From: an uncultured Ruminococcus sp.
GTDB taxonomy: Bacteria > Bacillota > Clostridia > Oscillospirales > Acutalibacteraceae
Reading direction: 5' to 3'
Length of the DNA: 27,039 nucleotides
NCBI GenBank assembly: GCA_902796955.1
Contig: CADBRB010000086.1
Span: 1-27,039, forward strand
Made by a program: the position numbers and the translations under genes. Shown here piece by piece: positions 5,831 to 14,894 of the stretch (its first letter is position 1; every line of letters begins with the position of its first letter). Under the pieces are notes generated by a model. That model was not told the origin of the DNA and searched no databases. It saw only the letters and a list, made by a program, of their open reading frames with translations.

Positions 5831-7777
5831 TTATCTCACTTTGCTTCCGACGGGTATGTCGTCCACAAAAATAACACTGATTTTATCTTCACCGCTGTCT
5901 GCCGCAAGTATCATGCCGTTACTTTCAACACCGCACAATACAGCCGGCTTAAGGTTTGAAACCAGTATGATTCTTCTGCCTATAAGCTCATCCGGCTTAT
6001 AGAATTTAGCAATGCCTGAAACAACGGTTCTCTCCTTGATACCGTCGTTTACAGTGAGCTTTAAAAGCTTTTTGGCTTTTTTAACAGGCTCGCATGCTAT
6101 TACCTCGCTAACTCTCAGGTCAACCTTGGCAAAGTCCTCAATGCCTATAAGAGCAACATTTTCCGCTTCCTTTTTGTCTTCCTTTGCAGGCTGTTTGGGA
6201 GCATTTGCCAGCAGTATTTCGTCCAGCTCGGCTATTTCTTTTGCAACGTCAATACGCGGGAAGAGGGTTTCGCCCTTTTTGATAACCGTATTTTCAGGTA
6301 AAAGTCCCCATTTATCGGCATTGTCCCATGTTACAATATCGGCGTTTACGCCTAACTGCTCTTGGATTTTAGGTGTGGTTTGCGGCATAAACGGCTCTAA
6401 AAGGATAGAAATTATTCTAAGTGCCTCGCACAGATTGTAAAGCACGGCGGCAAGTCTTGCCTTTTTGCTCTCATCCTTGCCGAGAGCCCACGGCATCGTT
6501 TCGTCAATATATTTGTTGGAGCGTGAAATGAGCCTCCATATGTCGCCCAAGGCATTTGAGAACTGGTATTTGTCCATATTTGCGGCATACTGTGCTTTAA
6601 GTGAGGTTGCAAGCTCTATAAGCTCGCTGTCCAAATCTGCGCTTTCCTTTTCTGACGGGATAACTCCGCCGAAGTATTTTTCCACCATAGCTGTGGTTCT
6701 TGAAAGCAAATTGCCCAAATCGTTCGCCAAATCGTAGTTTATGCGGTTTATAAGCGCCTCGTTTGTAAAAAGTCCGTCCGAACCGAACGGTATTTCACGC
6801 AGAAGGAAATATCTTATTGCGTCAACGCCGTATCTCTCGCACAGTATAACGGGGTCAACAACATTGCCTTTGGATTTTGACATCTTACTGCCGTCGCCAA
6901 AGAGCAGCCAGCCGTGACCGTAAATCTGCTTCGGCAGCGGCAAATCGAGTGCCATAAGCATTGCAGGCCAGATTATCGCATGGAAGCGCACAATCTCTTT
7001 ACCTATAAAATGAACATCGGCAGGCCAGTACTTTTTATAATCAGAGTCATCGTCAGAGCCGTAGCCCATAGCGGTTATATAGTTTGTAAGGGCGTCCAGC
7101 CATACATACACAACGTGCTTGGGGTCAAAATCAACCGGTATTCCCCATGAAAAGCTTGTGCGGCTTACGCACAAATCTCCGAGACCGCTGTTTATAAAGC
7201 TTATCATCTCGTTTTTTCTGCTTTCGGGCTGTATAAACTGAGGATTGTCCTCATACAGCTTCAAGAGCTTGTCGGCATATTCCGAGAGCTTGAAGAAATA
7301 AGCTTCCTCCTCAGCCCACTTTACCTCTCTGCCGCAATCAGGGCATTTGCCGTCAACAAGCTGGGTTTCCGTCCAGAAAGCCTCACACGGTGTGCAGTAC
7401 CAGCCCTCATACTTGCCCTTATATATTTTACCCTTGTTGTGAAGGTCGTTAAAAATTTTTTGAACTGATTTTACATGATAATCGTCTGTTGTTCTTATGA
7501 ACCTGTCATTGGATATATTAAGCAGCTTCCACAAATCCTGAAAGCCCGCAACGATTTTATCAACGTATTCCTTTGGCGTTACCCCGGCCTCCGCCGCTTT
7601 TAGTTCAATCTTCTGTCCGTGCTCGTCCGTACCTGTTAAAAACATTACGTCATATCCGGACATTCTCTTATATCTCGCTATTGCGTCCGAGGCTACCGTG
7701 CAATAACTATGCCCGATATGTGCTTTTCCCGAAGGATAGTAGATAGGCGTTGTGATGTAGAATGTTTTCTTATCCAA
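5831..7777 (-). CDS. metG: Methionine--tRNA ligase (class I MetRS with C-terminal EMAP/Trbp111-type tRNA-binding domain)
   Basis: HIGH-type motif (PSGKAHIGHSY), KMSKS motif (KMSKSKGN), Zn knuckle CPDCG, and a C-terminal tRNA-binding OB domain. TTG start at 7777 with an AGGAAG RBS 8 nt upstream. Confidence 0.95.
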   Translation of the reverse strand: MDKKTFYITTPIYYPSGKAHIGHSYCTVASDAIARYKRMSGYDVMFLTGTDEHGQKIELKAAEAGVTPKEYVDKIVAGFQDLWKLLNISNDRFIRTTDDYHVKSVQKIFNDLHNKGKIYKGKYEGWYCTPCEAFWTETQLVDGKCPDCGREVKWAEEEAYFFKLSEYADKLLKLYEDNPQFIQPESRKNEMISFINSGLGDLCVSRTSFSWGIPVDFDPKHVVYVWLDALTNYITAMGYGSDDDSDYKKYWPADVHFIGKEIVRFHAIIWPAMLMALDLPLPKQIYGHGWLLFGDGSKMSKSKGNVVDPVILCERYGVDAIRYFLLREIPFGSDGLFTNEALINRINYDLANDLGNLLSRTTAMVEKYFGGVIPSEKESADLDSELIELATSLKAQYAANMDKYQFSNALGDIWRLISRSNKYIDETMPWALGKDESKKARLAAVLYNLCEALRIISILLEPFMPQTTPKIQEQLGVNADIVTWDNADKWGLLPENTVIKKGETLFPRIDVAKEIAELDEILLANAPKQPAKEDKKEAENVALIGIEDFAKVDLRVSEVIACEPVKKAKKLLKLTVNDGIKERTVVSGIAKFYKPDELIGRRIILVSNLKPAVLCGVESNGMILAADSGEDKISVIFVDDIPVGSKVR

Positions 7778-7999
7778 TTTGATTTCTTCCTTTCTTACTC
7801 TGTTATTTTTACGCTAAATTTTATAATAACATTTTATTGTTATTTTTACAAGTAATTTGAGCAAATAATTTTTGCGTATACGATTTTGTTTTTTTTAATT
7901 CTTACAGTATGTGACAGATTTCGTTTACTCCGTAAAGTAAAATCATTATATGTGTACAAGCTGTAATGTTATTATTCTACGGAAAGGATCTGGTGGTAT

Positions 8000-10333
8000 A
8001 TGAAAATAATGGCAGCTTCTAAAAAAACAACCGTTTGGGAATATGTAAAAAGCTCGTTGCAGTTAAAACGGCTTATTCTGCATATAACCTATTTCTTTTC
8101 GGGACTCTTTATATCGGACAGCACACTGTTTCTAAGATATTCGCCCCTGGGTGTTGCGTACATCTCCGTTGTACCCATGCAATACATGATTTCATCGGTG
8201 ATAGGTACGTCGCTGGGCTATCTTATACTTTCGCCCGTAACAGGTGTATACCGTTACATATGTTCCGTTATAGCTGTTGCGTCCATAAGATTTACGCTGA
8301 GCGATTTAAAAAGAATAAACGAAAGCAGAATATTCTCCCCCGTACTTGCCTTTGTGCCGCTTTTTATGACAGGAGTTGTACTAAGGCTGAGCGGTAATAT
8401 AAACTCATACAATCTTGTTATCTGTATATCTGAATCTCTGCTTGCCGCTGCCGGCGCATACTTTTTCGGAAGAACGTGCGACATACTCAACAGGCGCAAT
8501 GCGCTTTCATCTCTCAGTCCTGCGGAGGTTTCGTGTCTTGCAATCAGCGCAGGCGCACTGTTGATGTCGGTTACCTCGATTACGGTATACGGGATATCTT
8601 TGGGCAGAGTTGCGGCGTGCGTGTTAATTATGCTGTGTGCATACTACGGCAGAGTAATAGGCGGCAGTATAGCCGGAACCTGTACCGGTTTGGTTTTCAG
8701 CCTTGCTTCGCCCATATACGGTTATCTTGCGGGAGCGTATGCATTTTCGGGGCTTATAAGCGGAATCTTTGCATACGGCAATAAGATATTTGCAGCAGTG
8801 TCGTTTGCGGCGGTATGCTTTGTAATGTCTTTTCAATCCGCAATGACGGATATCATAACCGCCACAGCTTACGAAACAGCCATAGCCGCACTTGTCTTTT
8901 TGTTTATGCCTAAGAGAGCGGGCGCATTTTTTACGGGACTTTTCCCTGTAACCGGCAAAGGTGAGAGCGCACAGGGCTTAAGGAGAGCTATGCTTATGCG
9001 GCTTGACTTTGCAAGCAAAGCACTTGCAGATGTTTCCTGCTCGGTGGACAGTGTTTCGGAAAGATTAGATAAGCTTGACAGTAATACGCCGCTCAGCGTA
9101 TGCGACAATGCCGCCGCAGATGTATGCGGACGGTGCGGCATGAAGCATTTCTGCTGGGAAAAATTTGCCGATGAAACCAAAAACGATTTTATCTGCGCAC
9201 TTGCGCCGCTTGAGCAAAAGGGCAGAATAAACGCAGAGGATTTAAGCGATACACTGACAAAAAAGTGCATCAAAAAAGGAGAGCTGGTCGAGAGCTTCAA
9301 CCATTGCTATGAGAGATATCTAATGTGTGAAACTGCCAAAAAAAGGCTTGATGAAGTACGTACCGTTGTATCGGGGCAGTTTTCGGGACTGAGTGAAATA
9401 CTGCGTGATATGCACAACGAGTATAAAAACTACGAGAGCTTTGACCTCGATACTTCTGAAAGAATAGAAATCCGATTAAAGGAGCTTGGAATTAATCCGC
9501 TTGACGTGAGCTGCCGAATTGATAAGTTTGGGCGTATGAATATAGAGATTGAAACCGATGCACACGACAGGAGCATAGTAAAACGAGCTTCGCTTCTGCA
9601 TGAAATATCTAAGGCCTGCGGCAGAAAATTAGATGCGCCGCAGATAACCGACGCACCTGAAAGATGCAGATTTCAGCTTACGGAGCTGCCGAACTATGAT
9701 ACCGAGATAGGCGTTGCACAGCACATATGCGGCAACGGTCAGCTTTGCGGCGACAGCGTAACGTTTTTTAACGACGGCTGCGGCAGACTTATAGGTATAA
9801 TAGGCGACGGCATGGGTACGGGTCCGAGAGCCGCCATAGACGGCAGTATGGCTACTGGTATAATGTCCAAGCTTATACGTGCAGGCTTGGGAGTGGATTG
9901 CTCTATCCGAACGGTGAACTCGGCATTGCTTGTAAAATCGGGAGATGAATCGCTTTCAACAATAGACATGATAAGTATAGATCTTTTCAGCGGAGAAACC
10001 GATTTTGTAAAGGCCGGCGGCTGTTATTCATACGTAAGACGGTGCGGCAGGCTTGCAAAAATTGAAATGGAATCTCTGCCGCTCGGTATTCTTCCGGAGC
10101 TTAAAACCGGTAAAAAAACTGTGGGTCTGCTTGCCGACGATATAGTCGTCATGATATCGGACGGCGCAATCTCAACAGGTGATATGTGGCTTGAAAGCCT
10201 TTTAAAATGCTGGGATGAACGCCCTGCGCAGGAGCTTGCCTCGGCTATAGTAAACGAGGCTGTAGCACATAGAAACGATGGCCGTGACGATGATATTACC
10301 GCACTTGTCATACGCCTTACCGATGCCGCTTGA
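8000..10333 (+). CDS. spoIIE: Stage II sporulation protein E (SpoIIE), a membrane PP2C-family serine phosphatase
   Basis: About 10 N-terminal TM helices, a central regulatory region, and a C-terminal PP2C domain (GDGMGTGPRAA...ISDGA...DDDITALVIR). The length and architecture are diagnostic. Confidence 0.9.
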   Translation: MKIMAASKKTTVWEYVKSSLQLKRLILHITYFFSGLFISDSTLFLRYSPLGVAYISVVPMQYMISSVIGTSLGYLILSPVTGVYRYICSVIAVASIRFTLSDLKRINESRIFSPVLAFVPLFMTGVVLRLSGNINSYNLVICISESLLAAAGAYFFGRTCDILNRRNALSSLSPAEVSCLAISAGALLMSVTSITVYGISLGRVAACVLIMLCAYYGRVIGGSIAGTCTGLVFSLASPIYGYLAGAYAFSGLISGIFAYGNKIFAAVSFAAVCFVMSFQSAMTDIITATAYETAIAALVFLFMPKRAGAFFTGLFPVTGKGESAQGLRRAMLMRLDFASKALADVSCSVDSVSERLDKLDSNTPLSVCDNAAADVCGRCGMKHFCWEKFADETKNDFICALAPLEQKGRINAEDLSDTLTKKCIKKGELVESFNHCYERYLMCETAKKRLDEVRTVVSGQFSGLSEILRDMHNEYKNYESFDLDTSERIEIRLKELGINPLDVSCRIDKFGRMNIEIETDAHDRSIVKRASLLHEISKACGRKLDAPQITDAPERCRFQLTELPNYDTEIGVAQHICGNGQLCGDSVTFFNDGCGRLIGIIGDGMGTGPRAAIDGSMATGIMSKLIRAGLGVDCSIRTVNSALLVKSGDESLSTIDMISIDLFSGETDFVKAGGCYSYVRRCGRLAKIEMESLPLGILPELKTGKKTVGLLADDIVVMISDGAISTGDMWLESLLKCWDERPAQELASAIVNEAVAHRNDGRDDDITALVIRLTDAA

Positions 10334-10340
10334 AAACACA

Positions 10341-10368
10341 TTGACTTTGTGATAAAATTCAATATAAC
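10341..10368 (+). promoter_or_regulatory. Candidate sigma-A promoter (TTGACT -16- TATAAC) upstream of the ylmH-like gene
   Basis: Seen in sequence, immediately after the spoIIE stop. By eye only. Confidence 0.3.
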
Positions 10369-10427
10369 AACGATTGTGTTTGCGAAAGGGGCGGTCGTGC
10401 GGATTTTACCGGCACGATGTAACAGAT

Positions 10428-11186
10428 ATGATATCAGACGAAGAATTGACTAAAAAAAGATTTATTGAGCTTGCAGATAAGGCGTACAAAAGCAGTCGCT
10501 TTACATTTACGGATTTTCTCGGACTTTCCGAGATATCTCTGTTTTATTCCATAGAGCGTGAAATATACCCGGCACATTATGAGATGTTCGGCGGTACACA
10601 GGGCTGTGAGCGTGTTATCATTCGATTCGGGAGCGAAGAGGATATAGGCTACAGCGAGCCGTTTCCCATAGTATGCTTAAGGATAAAACCGCTTGCAATG
10701 AAATTCTCGGATGACCTTACACACCGTGACATACTCGGCTCTGTGATGAGTATGGGCATTAAAAGGAGCTGTGTTGGCGATATAATCCTAAAAGAGAACA
10801 TTGCCTACCTTTTCTGCCTGAAAAGCATGGGTGAATATATATGCGAAAATCTTTTCAGAGTGAAGCATACGTCCGTATCATGTGAAATCACCACGGAAAT
10901 TCCCGATTTTTACAAAACGGATTTTGAAGAGCGTACAACCACCGTGCCGTCCGCCAGAATAGATGCGGTAATATCAAAGGTTTATAACCTATCCCGCAGT
11001 GACAGCATTGAGCTGTTCAGAGAGAAAAAGGTTTTTGTAAACGGCAGATGCAGTGAGAATAACAGCTATTTTCTCAAAGCAGACGATGTTGTTACTGTAC
11101 GGGGCAGGGGCAGATTTATATTTAAGGGCGAGAATTTTAAAACACGAAAGGGCAACTTCAATATAACCGTTTTTAAAACAAAATAG
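10428..11186 (+). CDS. YlmH-like RNA-binding protein with a C-terminal S4 domain
   Basis: S4 motif near the C-terminus (ARIDAVISKVYNLSRSDSIELFREKKVFVNG...DVVTVRGRGRF). YlmH-like N-terminal region (FTFTDFL...GGTQGCERVII). The ORF track starts at a TTG at 10374. I prefer the in-frame ATG at 10428 (MISDEEL), but neither has a strong SD, so start confidence is low. Confidence 0.7.
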   Translation: MISDEELTKKRFIELADKAYKSSRFTFTDFLGLSEISLFYSIEREIYPAHYEMFGGTQGCERVIIRFGSEEDIGYSEPFPIVCLRIKPLAMKFSDDLTHRDILGSVMSMGIKRSCVGDIILKENIAYLFCLKSMGEYICENLFRVKHTSVSCEITTEIPDFYKTDFEERTTTVPSARIDAVISKVYNLSRSDSIELFREKKVFVNGRCSENNSYFLKADDVVTVRGRGRFIFKGENFKTRKGNFNITVFKTK

Positions 11187-11387
11187 AATTAATTTTAAAT
11201 TTGGGCTTGTCTATTTATAGATAGTATGTTACAATAAAGTAGAGTTAAGAAAAGAAGAATATAAAACCGTCAAACAGGCAAAAATTACTTACAGAAAAAA
11301 TATAGGTAGTTTTTGCCTTTTTTGTAATATTTTTCTTTACAGGCTTTCAGGCAAAACAATTAAAAAATAATTTAGGAGGAATGAGTT

Positions 11388-14300
11388 ATGAGGAAACTTA
11401 TCAGCATTTTATTATGTCTCGTTATGCTGTTCGGAATGCTGCCTATGGAGGTATTCGCCGTAGATGTAATATTTCAGGTGGATGTTCTGATAGATGAACC
11501 TGTGGTGGGTCAGGAAGCTTCATTTATCGCAACGGCTTACGGACCGAATTATCACATCAATACGATAACCCGTACAGATTACTACAACGGCGTTCTCTGG
11601 TATGATGTAACAGCAGAGGATTACCTTGCGCCTGGGGATACATTTGTTGCAGAACATGTGTACAGGGTCAGTATACGTGTCGCCAGTGATGACACCAACA
11701 GTTATCTCTTTAGTACAAACGACGGCGATGCCGTAGTGCGCAGTACGATAAACGGAAATCGTGCACAGATTTACGGCAATGCAAGAGAAATTGGATTGGA
11801 ATACACTTTCCCGCCGTGCGAGTGCTTGCCCGGACAGTATAAAGTAACTTTTTACTATTTATACGACGATATAGTAGAAGTACGCTATACGGATACAGAC
11901 AATAACATACCGTTTTTCAGTCCGACAAGAGACGGTTATTATTTCTATCGCTGGTATACCGACCTTAATTTCAGGAATGAAGCACCGCACTATACCGATG
12001 AAGACCTCGTCCTTTATGCACGCTGGGTTGACCCGGAGGATATTTGCTATTTGAGATTCCACGCATATAATGACCCGTCAGATGTTTTGACAGTTGATGT
12101 TGTATGCGGAGAGAGCATTTCAGGCGAAGTTTCACCCCCGTGGAATCCAAATATGTATTTTGTGGGCTGGTATACAGATCCGAATTTTGAAAATAAATTC
12201 TATTATTATGAATCGGTTGAAGAGGATATGGACATATATCCGAGATTTGTAAATTACTCCGATTTATGTGAAATACAGATATATGATTCTGTTGATGCGT
12301 CTGAGGCATCATACGGTGTTGAGATACCGATTGGAGATTGTTACAGTCCCATGGATCCTCAAAACGGCCCCGATGATTTATGCTTTGTAGGCTGGTATAC
12401 AGACAGAAGCTTTAATAATAAATACGATGAGAGCGAGCCTGTTTCCGGCAGAGTAATTTCACTCTTCCCAAGGTATGTTGATTACAGCGAAACCATTACC
12501 GTTACCATATATCTCAGCCCCGATGCAACCGAATGTACCGCCGGAGTAAATATACTTCCGGGAGATTGCTACAAGCCTGCAGAACCGGGACAGGAGGGAA
12601 TGATTTTTGAGGGCTGGTATACCGACCGTGCGCTTACTCAAAGATATTACACCGATCAGCCTGTTACTGAGTCTGTTTCTATTTTCCCAAAATTTATACC
12701 GAAAAACGAACAGTGTACGGTTTATGTATACTATGACGCAGATTCTCCTACGCCCTTTGACAGTGTTATCGTGGATAAGGGAGAATACTACAATCCATAC
12801 TATCCTTTAGAGGAGCCGGAGGATTTATACTTTGTAGGCTGGTATACAGATAGAGATTTTCAAAATAAATATGATCCGTACAAGCCGCTGACAGAAGATG
12901 TTTCCATTTTCCCGAAATTCCTTGATGAATCGCAAGTATGCTTTGTCAGAGTATACCGCAAAGCGGACGATGAAGATCCTTCAGCGTGGGCGACAGTAGA
13001 AAAGGGCGAATGTTATACGCCAGCCACACCGGCGGAAGAGGATATGGTCTTTGCGGGCTGGTATACAGACCGTAATCTTACTATACCTTACCATGATACA
13101 ATGCCGCTTTATACAGATGAAATCGAATTGTTCGGCAAATTCATACCCGAAGGCGATGTGTGCTTTATATGGCTGTATGAAGACGCAGATTCCCCTGAGC
13201 CTTACGATGAGGTTATGGTTGAGAAGGGCGAGTGCTACGACCCGTATTGGCCCGAATATGAACCGGAAGGCCTGTACTTTGCAGGTTTTTATACCGACAG
13301 AGGATATAACAATAAATACGACCCCGAAGTACCTTTGGTGAAAAACGTTTCTATTTTCCCGAAGTTTGTGGATAGATCTCAAGTGTGCTTTATAGATGTT
13401 TACCGCATGGCAGACGATCTAAAACCGTCTGCGAGTATTTATGTAGTCAAGGGCGAATGTTATACGCCTGCCACACCCGGAGAAGAAGGAATGACTTTTG
13501 CGGGCTGGTATACCGACCGTGCGCTTACAAAGCCATACGATGATAAGGCTCCGCTCTATGTTGACAGTATTGAACTATTTGCAAAATACATACCGGAAAT
13601 GCTCGATGCGCCAAAGCTTGTTTCTGCCGTAAATGCAGCAGGCGGAGTAAAGGTAACATGGCAGGCGGTAGAGTATGCAGAAAAATACAGAGTATTTGTC
13701 AAGTCAAACGGCTCAGGCTGGAAAGCAGTTGCCGATACAACAGGTTTAAACTATACGCACACAGGTGTTGTTTCGGGTACAACATATACTTACACCGTAA
13801 GATGCATATCAGCCGACGGCAAATCCAACCGCAGTGTATATGACAGAGCAGGAATATCTGTTACATACATAGATGCTCCGGCTGTTTCGTCTATTACAAG
13901 CGCATACGGCGGAATACAGCTTAAGTGGTCAGCCTGCGGCGGTGCGGCAAAGTACAGAGTTTTTAAAAAGAGCGGAAAAAGCTGGAAAGCAATCGCCACA
14001 GTAACCGGTCTTGCTTATATCGACTCTGATGTAACTGCAGGCACAAAGTACACGTATACATTGAGAGCATACAACAGTGCCGGTACAGAGTATTCGTATT
14101 ATAACAGCGCAGGCTGGTCTTTAACATTTGTTGATTCACCCAAGGTTACGGATATACAAAACGTTGCTACAGGCGCAAAGCTCACATGGGTCAAAGTAAA
14201 CGGTGCGGCAAAATACAGAGTATTCATAAAAAGCTCAGGCAAATGGGTTAAGCTTGCCGACACCACATCGACCTCGTATCTGCATACTGCCGCAAAGGGC

Positions 14301-14666
14301 GGAACGATATATACTTATACGATACGCTCAATTAATTCAAGCAATAAGTTTATCGGCTCATACAATGCTGCCGGCTGGAAGAATACATTTATAGCAGTTC
14401 CTCCTTTGCCAACCTTAACTAACACGTCAAGCGGTGTAAAAATCACCATTAAAAAGTGTGCGGGTGCTGTTAAATACCGCATTTTCAGAAAAACCGCAAG
14501 CACTAAATGGGTTAAGCTTGCCGATACAACATCGCTTACCTGTATTGATAAAAGCGCAAAAAACGGAATAAAGTATTACTATACCGTGCGTTGTATTTCA
14601 AGCGACGGTAAAAAGTTTACCTCCGCCTATAACACAAGCGGAAAAGCAATCGTTTGCAGAAGATGA
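11388..14666 (+). CDS. Large secreted repeat protein. Signal peptide; N-terminal domain; 8 Listeria-Bacteroides (Flg_new/InlB B-repeat-type) repeats with the FxGWYTD motif; 4 C-terminal fibronectin type III-like repeats. No LPXTG or SLH anchor.
   Basis: Signal peptide MRKLISILLCLVMLFGMLPMEVFA. Recurring (F/Y)(V/A)GWYTD(R)...KYD...VSIFPKF modules. C-terminal ~88-aa repeats with W / KYRVF / YTYTVR, Fn3-like strand signatures. Strong RBS (AGGAGGAATGAGTT-ATG). Confidence 0.85.
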   Translation: MRKLISILLCLVMLFGMLPMEVFAVDVIFQVDVLIDEPVVGQEASFIATAYGPNYHINTITRTDYYNGVLWYDVTAEDYLAPGDTFVAEHVYRVSIRVASDDTNSYLFSTNDGDAVVRSTINGNRAQIYGNAREIGLEYTFPPCECLPGQYKVTFYYLYDDIVEVRYTDTDNNIPFFSPTRDGYYFYRWYTDLNFRNEAPHYTDEDLVLYARWVDPEDICYLRFHAYNDPSDVLTVDVVCGESISGEVSPPWNPNMYFVGWYTDPNFENKFYYYESVEEDMDIYPRFVNYSDLCEIQIYDSVDASEASYGVEIPIGDCYSPMDPQNGPDDLCFVGWYTDRSFNNKYDESEPVSGRVISLFPRYVDYSETITVTIYLSPDATECTAGVNILPGDCYKPAEPGQEGMIFEGWYTDRALTQRYYTDQPVTESVSIFPKFIPKNEQCTVYVYYDADSPTPFDSVIVDKGEYYNPYYPLEEPEDLYFVGWYTDRDFQNKYDPYKPLTEDVSIFPKFLDESQVCFVRVYRKADDEDPSAWATVEKGECYTPATPAEEDMVFAGWYTDRNLTIPYHDTMPLYTDEIELFGKFIPEGDVCFIWLYEDADSPEPYDEVMVEKGECYDPYWPEYEPEGLYFAGFYTDRGYNNKYDPEVPLVKNVSIFPKFVDRSQVCFIDVYRMADDLKPSASIYVVKGECYTPATPGEEGMTFAGWYTDRALTKPYDDKAPLYVDSIELFAKYIPEMLDAPKLVSAVNAAGGVKVTWQAVEYAEKYRVFVKSNGSGWKAVADTTGLNYTHTGVVSGTTYTYTVRCISADGKSNRSVYDRAGISVTYIDAPAVSSITSAYGGIQLKWSACGGAAKYRVFKKSGKSWKAIATVTGLAYIDSDVTAGTKYTYTLRAYNSAGTEYSYYNSAGWSLTFVDSPKVTDIQNVATGAKLTWVKVNGAAKYRVFIKSSGKWVKLADTTSTSYLHTAAKGGTIYTYTIRSINSSNKFIGSYNAAGWKNTFIAVPPLPTLTNTSSGVKITIKKCAGAVKYRIFRKTASTKWVKLADTTSLTCIDKSAKNGIKYYYTVRCISSDGKKFTSAYNTSGKAIVCRR
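12267..13607 (+). repeat. Three tandem copies of a 447-bp coding unit (each is two ~75-aa List-Bact modules): 12267-12713, 12714-13160, 13161-13607
   Basis: Seen in sequence: unit boundaries fall at the recurring Cys codons (CEIQIY / CTVYVYY / CFIWLYE and CFVGWY / CFVRVYR / CFIDVYR) with an exact 447-bp period. Copies are diverged; by-eye identity between the b-modules of copies 2 and 3 is roughly 70-75% (not computed). Confidence 0.75.
13609..14663 (+). repeat. Four tandem 264-bp coding repeats (Fn3-like modules)
   Basis: Seen in sequence: 88-aa protein periodicity with conserved (V/L)(K/T)W...A(A/E)KYRVF.K..G.W..(V/L)A(D/T)TT...Y.(H/D)......G..YTYT(V/I)R, starting at about 13609, 13873, 14137 and 14401. 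Confidence 0.7.
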
Positions 14667-14735
14667 CGTACTGCAAATTATTTCTGTACACTCACTGCTG
14701 CTGAGTATACAGGCAATCTCAGAATAACAATTCCC

Positions 14736-14765
14736 CCCGTAATGGTAAGTAACCGTTACGGGTGG
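14736..14765 (+). terminator. Intrinsic terminator downstream of the repeat-protein gene (10-bp stem with one G-U pair, 7-nt loop, moderately T-rich tail)
   Basis: Seen in sequence: cccgtaatgg / taagtaa / ccgttacggg, followed by tggttgttatcttat. Confidence 0.45.
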
Positions 14766-14894
14766 TTGTTATCTTATACTATGTTCTAATAAAACCCATT
14801 AACATCTGTCTCGTTAAAATTCGCATAGTTGCGTTGTCGTAATCGAAAATAGTATTACAGAAATTTCAACTTCTTCACTATTCACTCTTACATC

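Noticed and set aside
6012-7150. Antisense ORFs within metG (6012-6440, 6412-6612, 6465-6737, 6914-7150)
   Set aside because: They lie opposite a confidently identified essential gene, are low-complexity (Ser/Leu-rich), and have no RBS.
7778-7999. T-box riboswitch upstream of metG
   Set aside because: The region is too short and AT-rich, and no T-box conserved elements are visible. Recorded as a negative observation.
8035-10362. Alternative-frame and antisense ORFs within spoIIE (8035-8397, 8254-8499, 8476-8784, 8869-9300, 9739-9969, 10024-10362)
   Set aside because: They are nested in the well-supported spoIIE frame, with composition typical of out-of-frame translation.
11859-13382. Antisense and alternative ORFs within the repeat-protein gene (11859-12062, 11971-12312, 12981-13382 and others)
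   Set aside because: The repeat structure on the sense strand generates long spurious ORFs. None has RBS support.
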